Assembly: GCF_006345805.1 (NCBI RefSeq)
Contig: NW_021833161.1
Coordinates: 1-29,177, forward strand
From: Octopus sinensis
Lineage: Eukaryota
Direction of reading: 5' to 3'
DNA: 29,177 nt
Below the pieces are notes generated by a model. That model was not told the DNA's origin. It did no database searches and was given only the letters and a program-made list of their open reading frames with translations. How positions within the stretch are numbered: the first letter of the stretch is position 1; each line of letters begins with the position of its first letter. The translations under genes and the position numbers were made by a program. Of the stretch, positions 21,163-29,177 are shown piece after piece.

Positions 21163-21192
21163 ACCGGAAATACACAAAATAACATGGCTGCC
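21163..21192 (+). promoter_or_regulatory. ETS-like (ACCGGAAAT) and YY1-like (AACATGGCTGCC) motif pair in unique sequence
   Basis: Motifs at 21163-21171 and 21181-21192. Function is untested and no transcript was identified. Confidence 0.2.
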
Positions 21193-21549
21193 ACTCTTCA
21201 TTCTCTCACTAAGCGATAGCAAAATACTAAACACTTCGATAACGTAGTGTCGCGTAGATCAATAAAAAGTTCTATAGTATTTTTGTGAGCTGAAAGATTT
21301 ATTTGGAAAAAAAAAATTGTGCTGTGTAGAAAAAGTGCCGATGATATTAAAATAATCTTTAGAGTTTTATTTGCGCAAAATACTAACCTCACCAAATACG
21401 ATGTATTTCTCTTCCTCCAATCAATGGAGAGCGACTAAGTAATAATTCAGTAATAATATAAGAAACAACAGGTTTTCTACTTAAGATTCTGTTAACTATA
21501 GGTTTTCTTAACAACACCCACACACTGACTCAGACAAACACAAAATACC

Positions 21550-21596
21550 TGTGTGTGTGTTATATGGGTATGTGTGAGTTATTTTTATTTTATGTG

Positions 21597-21629
<33 letters not shown>

Positions 21630-21861
21630 ATTATATATATATATATATATATTGATATATGTGTGTGTGCATGTATATGTTTGTATATGTATATTTATAC
21701 ATATACATATACATATATATATACATATACATATATATACATATATACATATACATATATATATATATACACATATGGTATGTACACACATGTGTATGCA
21801 AATAATTACGTATATACAAAATAAATGTATGTGTATATATACATACATACATACATGTATG

Positions 21862-21893
<32 letters not shown>

Positions 21894-21906
21894 CTGATAG
21901 GTAGAT

Positions 21907-21948
<42 letters not shown>

Positions 21949-21949
21949 G

Positions 21950-21982
<33 letters not shown>

Positions 21983-22207
21983 TAGATATATAGATAGATA
22001 GATAAAATAGATAAATAGATAGATAGATAGATAGATATTTAGATTGATAGATAGATAGTGATTATATGGACACATATGTGTAATCTATAAACAAATATAT
22101 GTTTATATAGATATATATAATATATATTTATATATATATATGTATTTAATATATACACATTCATACATATCCATATCTATGAGCATATATATACATATTT
22201 ATAATAT

Positions 22208-22238
<31 letters not shown>

Positions 22239-22240
22239 GT

Positions 22241-22283
<43 letters not shown>

Positions 22284-22440
22284 ATATATATATACACACA
22301 TTTATAATACATCAATGCATATGGACACACTGATACAAAGAGTGAAAACGAAATGGCTAACAGTTATATGTATGTGTATATGTATGTGTATGCATGAATG
22401 TATGTGTGTATGTATGTATGTATGTATGTACGTATGTATG
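21550..22440. repeat. Compound (TA)/(CATATA)/(GATA)/(TATG) microsatellites
   Basis: Direct reading. Confidence 0.92.
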
Positions 22441-22744
22441 TTAGTGTGTATGCATGTGTATAAGAAGATCCATAAAAATACTTCACACTAAAAGAAGGAA
22501 ACGATAACGAGGATTTTATTCACCGTTTTCATTCTTGTTTTCTATCGTTATAAATTTTATCTGTTTGTAGTTTTTTATCTTCCCTCATAAAACACACTTA
22601 TTCTTCTTTACCGTTTATTCAATAAAGATTTATAGCAATCACCACCATCTTGTTTGTCATCTGAGAAGTGACGACAACGGTCACTGAAAAAAAAAATAAC
22701 TTTGAACTCTTACAGTCGATTCATCATAGTATCTTACAAAATAT

Positions 22745-22763
22745 ATTATCGTTATTATTATTA

Positions 22764-22821
<58 letters not shown>

Positions 22822-22979
22822 CATTATTATTATTATCATTATTATTATTATTATTATCATCATCATTATTATTATTATCATTATTATTATTATCATTATT
22901 ATTATTATTATCATTATTATTATTATTATTATTATCATTATTATTATTATTATTATTATCATCATCATTATTATTATTA

Positions 22980-23016
<37 letters not shown>

Positions 23017-23069
23017 CATTATTATTATTATTATTATTACTATTATTATTATTATTATCATTATTATTG

Positions 23070-23101
<32 letters not shown>

Positions 23102-23129
23102 GTTATTATTATTAGTATTATCATTATTA

Positions 23130-23179
<50 letters not shown>

Positions 23180-23190
23180 GTCATCATCAT
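22745..23190. repeat. Long (ATT)n with ATC/GTT variants
   Basis: Direct reading; source of the poly-L/I/Y ORFs. Confidence 0.95.
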
Positions 23191-23192
23191 TG

Positions 23193-23552
23193 TATTACTG
23201 CGCCGGGCAAAATGCTTAGCGATATTTCTTCCGTGTTGACGGCATTCTGAGTTCAAATTCCTCCGAAGTCGACTTTACCTTTTCAACCTTTCGGGTTCGA
23301 TAGAATAAGTATCAATTGAACACTAGGGTCGGTGTAATTGATTTGAACCCTCCCCCGAAATTTCGAGTCCTGTGACAAATTTTGAAACCATTATCATCAT
23401 TATCATCATATTACTGCGCCGGGCAAAGCACACAGCGGCTTGTCTTCAGTCATTACGTTCCGAGTTCAAATGCCTCTGAGGTCGACTTTACCTTTCATCT
23501 CTTTTGGTGTCGATTAAGTGAAACACTGGGTCGATATATCAACTAGTTCCCT
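23193..23552 (+). mobile_element. Two tandem 5'-truncated A2 SINEs sharing a perfect 19-bp 5' junction
   Basis: tattactgcgccgggcaaa at 23193-23211 and 23409-23427, each followed by an A-type body. Confidence 0.8.
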
Positions 23553-23556
23553 CTTG

Positions 23557-23607
23557 TATTATTATTATTTTTTTTATTATTACTACTATTATTATTATTA
23601 TTATTAT

Positions 23608-23639
<32 letters not shown>

Positions 23640-23706
23640 TTTTATTATTGTTATTATTATTAGTATTACTATTGCTATTATCATTACTATTATTATTATT
23701 ATATTA

Positions 23707-23746
<40 letters not shown>

Positions 23747-23761
23747 GTTATTATTATTATT
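23557..23761. repeat. (ATT)n/(AGT)n microsatellite
   Basis: Direct reading. Confidence 0.95.
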
Positions 23762-24234
23762 ATTCAGTAGTTTTATTTTTTATAGCGTGCTTTCACTTCA
23801 CTACCGAGCGCAGCTCTGTGGGCCTTAGGTATGTGCTGTGATTTGTTGTGATGCTCTGATGGTTATTGTATGGTAAGTGTTCTGTGTAGGATGTGTGCAG
23901 TGCCTAGTAGTGCAATTTTCTGTATGTTATATGTGTTTGTAAGTCCTGGTGTTTTTGTTATGTATTTGTCTGAATATTTTTTTATCATGCCTAATGCACC
24001 TACTATGATAGGAATTGTTTCTGTTTTTAGATTCCACATTCTGGTTACCTCCATTTCCAGGTCTTTGTATTTTGAGAGTTTCTCCATTTCTTTTAGAGAC
24101 ACGTTGTCATCTGCCGGTATTGATACATCAATTAGAAAGCATTTTTTTTCTTCAAGATCTCTGTCAACTATATCTGGTCTGTTGGCCTTAATTTCTCTAT
24201 CTGTGTGTATCGGCATATCCCAGAGTATGGTTGC

Positions 24235-24238
<4 letters not shown>
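23762..24238 (-). mobile_element. 5'-truncated R4/Dong-clade retrotransposon (open RLE domain and complete 3' UTR), same family as 14851-15420
   Basis: Uninterrupted frame KATILWDMPIHTDREIKANRPDIV...CFLIDVSIPADDNVSLKEMEKLSKYKDL...PIIVGALG...QKIALLGTAHILHRTLTIQ*, with a PD..D..EK..KY-type RLE signature; TAA repeats on both sides. Confidence 0.92.
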
Positions 24239-24325
<87 letters not shown>

Positions 24326-24373
24326 TTATTATTACTATTATTATTGCTATTATTATTACTATTATTATTATTA

Positions 24374-24423
<50 letters not shown>

Positions 24424-24440
24424 TATTATTATCATTATTG
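24239..24440. repeat. (ATT)n/(ACT)n microsatellite
   Basis: Direct reading. Confidence 0.95.
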
Positions 24441-25145
24441 ATTTGCAGCAGTCTTTCAAGTGCTTAGAACCCTCCTGATAATCCTTGCTGTTCCTAAGAG
24501 ACAAACTTTTTGTAGGAGCTCTACAGGCCATTCTATTCCAGTCTCCTCCAACCATTAGTCTAATCTTTGCTTACTCTTCCCAACGCCCCAATTATTATAG
24601 GCACGACCTTGACGGTTTTCTCATACTCCAAATTCTTGCAATTTCAAATTTAAAGGATTGTTTTTTTTGGGGGGGTGGGGAGGTTCTTCCTGTTTCTTTT
24701 CGATCCTGGAATCAAACAGGCATAATTAAGAAGCAACTTCGCTTTTCCTTATCTATATTAGTTATGTCCTTATCTATATTTGTTAAGGCGGCGAGCTGGC
24801 AGAAACGTTAGCACGCCGGGCGAAATGCGTTGCCGTATTTCGTCTGCCGTTACGTTCCGAGTTCAAATTCCGCCGAGGTCGACTTTGCCTTTCACCCTTC
24901 CGGGGTCGATAAATTAAGTACCAGTTACGCACTGGGGTCGATGTAATCGACTTAATCCGTTTGTCTGTCCTTGTTTGTCTCCTCTGTGTTTAGCCCCTTG
25001 TGGGTAGTAAAGAAATATATATTTGTTATGTCCGGTCTATTATTTTCTAACTTCTCGTTTTTTTTAATAGGAAAGTCCCACAAAATCTTACATTTTCCGA
25101 TTCCAGTACTCTTTCGACCCGATGATAGTATCATGCGTTTCCAGC
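24441..25145 (-). mobile_element. Degenerate R4/Dong-clade RLE fragment (third family), interrupted by an A1 SINE
   Basis: YYHRVERVLESEN/CKILWDFPIKKNEKLENNRPDITN [SINE] IDKEKRSCFLI../DSRIEKKQEE../FEIARIWSMRK/VKVVPIIIWALGRVSK../WLEETGIEWPVELLQKVCLLGTARIIRRVLST* (stop at 24456-24458). Confidence 0.85.
24786..25017 (+). mobile_element. Full-length A1 SINE with 11-bp TSD
   Basis: TSD tatatttgtta at 24775-24785 and 25018-25028. Confidence 0.95.
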
Positions 25146-25205
25146 TTCAAAGACCTTTTTATATTTTTATGTTTCAGGTTCGATATGTGACTGTTTAATC
25201 AGGCC

Positions 25206-26117
25206 ATGTACAAAAGAAGCCTTGGAACTGTCTGAATTTCAAAGAGGCCGTATTGAGGGTCATTCTGAAGGTAGACATTGCGCGAAAATCGCTTTCTTAA
25301 GTTAATAGAGTGATTGTGCAATTCACTAGAGAGGCGAAAGAGTCTACATCACCGCACCCAAATCAACCAAGGCCCTCTGACAAGACCCCTCTCTTTGTTT
25401 AGAGAAGTGTGGAGGATAATACTCGTTGTAAGGCCTCTGACATGGCAGAATAAGTTGGTATCAGTCCCAGAACAGCTAACAGGTATCTCCACAAACTTGG
25501 TTACTATGGCGGAGCATCAAGAAGAAAGCCACTTCTTTGACCAGCCAATATCAAGTGGAAAAAAGATTGGACCAGTGAGATGGTGAAGAGGCCACTGGCA
25601 TTTTGGGATATCGTCATATTCTTCAATGAGTCCAGATTTGTTGTATATTCTGACAGTCGTGCAGTGTGGGTCTGGATACTCTGTGATCAAGTATTGTGAA
25701 AAGATTGCAGCCAACGATGAAATATGGCAGCTATTCTGTGACAGTCTGGGGAGCAATTTGGAGCATTGGTTGATCAGAACTGGTGGTCTGTGGGGAGAAC
25801 ATAAACTCTGGTAAATATATGTCCATACTGCAGAAAGAACTCCTTCCAAGCTTCTCAAGTTGTGAAATGATTAAAGAAAACTTTATTTATGGGAAATTGG
25901 GCACCTTGGCACACAGCTAAAATGACCCAAGATTTGTTGGAAGAGAATGACATTAAAAAGTTTCCAAGGCCAATTCAGTCACCAGATATGAACGAACCCT
26001 GTTGAATACCTCTGGGGCTTAACGGACAGCACATTTCATAAAAAGAACAAGAATGCATCTTCAAAGCCAGTTCTTTTGAGATTCCTGCATGAAATTTGGC
26101 AAGAAATTCCATATGAT
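25206..26117 (+). mobile_element. Tc1/mariner-superfamily (Tc1-like) transposase relic
   Basis: ELSEFQRGRIEG...GISPRTANRYLHKLGYYGGASRRKPLL*...FWDIVIFFNESRF...RLQPTMKYGSYSVTVWGAI...NINSGKYMSILQKELLPSF...FMGNWAPWHTAK...QSPDMN/PVEYLWG...LHEIWQEIP. Multiple stops and frameshifts; no TIRs found. Confidence 0.9.
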
Positions 26118-26118
26118 T

Positions 26119-26185
<67 letters not shown>

Positions 26186-26188
26186 GGG

Positions 26189-26260
<72 letters not shown>
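26118..26260. repeat. (GATA)n microsatellite
   Basis: Direct reading. Confidence 0.97.
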
Positions 26261-26270
26261 GGGAGAGAGA

Positions 26271-26421
26271 GGCTTCTTTCAGTTTCCGTCAACCAAATCC
26301 GCTCACAAGGACTTGGTTGCCCTAGAATATAGTGCAAGATACTTGTCCAAGGTGTCACGAAGTGGGGCTGAACCCGGGACCGTGTGGTTGGGAAGCAAGC
26401 TCCTTACCATACAGCCACGCC
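26271..26421 (-). mobile_element. 5' half of a group-D SINE
   Basis: ggcttctttcagtttccgtcaaccaaatccgctcacaagg...cttgtccaaggtgtcacgaagtggggctgaacccggga...cttaccatacagccacgcc. Confidence 0.85.
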
Positions 26422-26632
26422 ATTGTTTGCTTATTTATTTATATTTTTATTTTTAGTGTCTTCCTCTTTTTCCCTTTTTCTATCTCTCATTCTGCAGGTC
26501 TTTCTATACTGGTACGCGCATGCGCATTTGTGTACGTGTGTGTATGTGTATGTGAAGGGGTGAGCTTATATATGCGTGAATAAATTAACTAAGTGTGGAA
26601 TTAACTGTCCCTCTATGTGTGTATATGTGTGT

Positions 26633-27003
26633 GGAGGCGCAATGGCCCAGTGGTTAGGGCAGCGGTCGTAGGATCGTGGTTTCGATTCCCAGACCGGGCG
26701 TTGTGAGTGTTTATTGGGCGAAAACACCTAAAGCTCCACGAGGCTCCGGCAGGGATGGTGGTGATTCCTGCTGTACTCTTTCACCACAACTTTCTCTCAC
26801 TCTTACTTCCTGTTTCTGTTGTACCTGTATTTCAAAGGGTTGGCCTTGTCACTCTCTGTGTCACGCTGAATATCCCCGGGAACTACGTTAAGGGTACACG
26901 TGTCTGTGGAGTGCTCAGCCACTTACACGTTAATTTCACGAGCAGGCTGTTCCGTTGATCGGATCAACCGGAACCCTCGTCGTCGTAACCGACGGAGTGC
27001 TTC
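26633..27003 (+). mobile_element. Full-length group-E tRNA-derived SINE
   Basis: Head ggaggcgcaatggcccagtggttaggg...gtttcgattccc; head and core shared with 20673, tail shared with 8286. Confidence 0.88.
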
Positions 27004-27191
27004 CACTATGTGTGTGTATACGTGCGTCTGCGTGTGTGTGTGTGTGTGTGTTCACGTGCAAGTGCAAACATTTTTATTACATGTTTGTTAAAGAGTTACT
27101 GGATCATGTTTGTCTTCACTCACCCTTAATCTTTAATCACAATTCAAACTTAGTCATTTAATGCATATGTAATCCATCTTCATCCTTCTTA

Positions 27192-27631
27192 TTTAATCTT
27201 TCGACACAATTCTTATTAAATTTTTCGTCATAATTCACATTTAATCTTTCGACACAATTCTTATTAAATTTTTCGTCATAATTCACATTTAATCTTTCGA
27301 CACAATTCTTATTAAATTTTTCGTCATAATTCCATTTAATCTTTCGACACAATTCTATTAAATTTTTCGTCATAATCACATTTAATCTTCGACACAATTC
27401 TTATTAAATTTTTCGTCATAATTCACATTTAATCTTTCGACACAATTCTTATTAAATTTTTCGTCATAATTCACATTTAATCTTTCGACACAATTCTTAT
27501 TAAATTTTTCGTCATAATTCACATTTAATCTTTCGACACAATTCTTATTAAATTTTTCGTCATAATTCACATTTAATCTTTCGACACAATTCTTATTAAA
27601 TTTTTCGTCATAATTCACATTTAATCTTTCG
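27192..27631. repeat. 48-bp minisatellite, nine units plus a partial one, flanked by degenerate 24-bp units (about 27120-27190 and 27632-27890)
   Basis: Unit tttaatctttcgacacaattcttattaaatttttcgtcataattcaca; units 3-5 carry 1-2-bp deletions. Confidence 0.95.
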
Positions 27632-28026
27632 TCTTTATTCATATTTATTCTTTCATCTCAATTCCTAAATCATTCTTCATACTTCTTATTTAAGCTTTCA
27701 TCATGTAACATATATTTAATATTTCACCATAATTCATACTTAAGCATTCGTCATAATTCGTCTTTAATCTTTCATCATAATTCACACACTTAATATTTCA
27801 TCACAGTTCTTATTCAATATTTTATCATGATTCATGTTTAATCTTTCTTCATAATTCGTATTTACTCTTTCACCATAAATCATGTTTAATTTTCAACTAT
27901 GGCAATACATTGCTGTAGTTTCCCATTTCTCTCCAGACAACTGTTCAAAACAGTACAAAGAGAGGCAAACTCAGGGAACACACCACACACACACATTCAA
28001 AGGCACTATATACGAAGTATATATAT

Positions 28027-28057
<31 letters not shown>

Positions 28058-28229
28058 CTATATATATATATATATACATATACACACACACACATATAAA
28101 CACATGCGCACGCGTACGACACAAGGTAAGATATTTGGACAGTACATAAATGCATTTGCACACATAATACAGACACATACACAACAAACACACAATTACA
28201 CACAGAACAAATAAGTTACACATTCACAC

Positions 28230-28425
28230 ATATGCCTACATGTACCTTCCTACCACCTACGTACCTACATACATACATATGTACGTACATACATACATAC
28301 ATACATACATACATACATACATACATACATACATGCATGCATGCATACATACATACATACATACATACATACATACATACATACATGCATACATACATAC
28401 ATACATACATACATACACACATACG

Positions 28426-28456
<31 letters not shown>

Positions 28457-28508
28457 GTACGTACATACATACATACATACATACATATGTAGTACATACA
28501 TACATACA

Positions 28509-28539
<31 letters not shown>

Positions 28540-28544
28540 GTACG

Positions 28545-28575
<31 letters not shown>

Positions 28576-28596
28576 GTACGTACATACATACATACA

Positions 28597-28627
<31 letters not shown>

Positions 28628-28850
28628 GTACGTACATACATACACATACATACATACATACATACATACATATGTACGTACATACATACAACATACATAC
28701 ATACATACATACATGCATGCATACATACATACATACATACATGCATGCATACATACATACATACATACATACATACATACATACATACATACATACATAC
28801 ATACATACATACATACATACATACATACATACATACATACATACACACAT
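28230..28850. repeat. ~600-bp (ACAT)n microsatellite
   Basis: Direct reading; source of the MYVC/HTYI ORFs. Confidence 0.97.
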
Positions 28851-28914
28851 AAATATTTCAGGTTCGATTATATGAAATCTATTTTTATATACTTTTAGAT
28901 TTATGCATGTATAC

Positions 28915-28969
28915 GAGTATGTGTGTGTATATGTATGCGTACATAAATTTACACACACACACACATATA

Positions 28970-29022
<53 letters not shown>

Positions 29023-29160
29023 GTATTTATGTATGTATATATATATATATATATATAATATATATATATATAATATATATATATACATACATACATGCAC
29101 ACGTACACGCATAGGCGTGTGCGCGCACACGCACACACACACACATATATACATATACTT
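28915..29160. repeat. Compound (TG)/(CA)/(TA)/(TATG) microsatellite
   Basis: Direct reading. Confidence 0.9.
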
Positions 29161-29177
29161 TCCGTTTTTCTCTTTTA

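Noticed and set aside
2898-26720. A/B-box-containing heads as tRNA genes
   Set aside because: Each continues into a repeated body and tail and several have TSDs; I could not fold a complete cloverleaf. They are SINEs.
27192-27631. 48-bp repeat as a CRISPR array
   Set aside because: Units are contiguous with no unique spacers, the context is eukaryotic, and there are no cas genes.
27922-27990. Strong-looking splice acceptor (ttcccatttctctccag)
   Set aside because: No convincing donor or recognisable coding sequence before the microsatellite.
193-29154. Dozens of ORFs rich in Y/I/C/V/M/H/T or poly-L/I/N/Y, up to 295 aa
   Set aside because: They are translations of stop-free microsatellites; they overlap in several frames and on both strands and show no domain content.

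Overview
AT-rich, extremely repeat-dense eukaryotic DNA, most likely intergenic or intronic. The repeat families and microsatellite density resemble octopus/cephalopod genomes; this is my inference from memory, not a database result. I find no intact host protein-coding gene and no genuine RNA gene, and most ORFs in the supplied track are translations of microsatellites. The non-microsatellite sequence is mostly mobile-element debris: about 25 SINE copies from three groups I label A, D and E; two copies of an unclassified ~550-bp element flanked by TAA repeats; fragments of R4/Dong-clade non-LTR retrotransposons with a restriction-like endonuclease (RLE); relics of a Merlin transposase, a Tc1/mariner transposase, a Penelope-like GIY-YIG element and a possible gag-like ORF1; a possible Helentron-associated element; and two higher-order minisatellites. 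I cannot support a new protein-coding system. The best candidate for something undescribed is a retroelement relationship: (ATT)n tails of group-A SINEs appear to supply the (TAA)n targets used, tail-to-tail, by R4/Dong-like elements and by the ~550-bp element. There is also evidence that a SINE dimer moved as one unit and that one SINE inserted into the head of another. All translations and alignments were done by eye, so boundaries are approximate unless a target-site duplication (TSD) fixes them.
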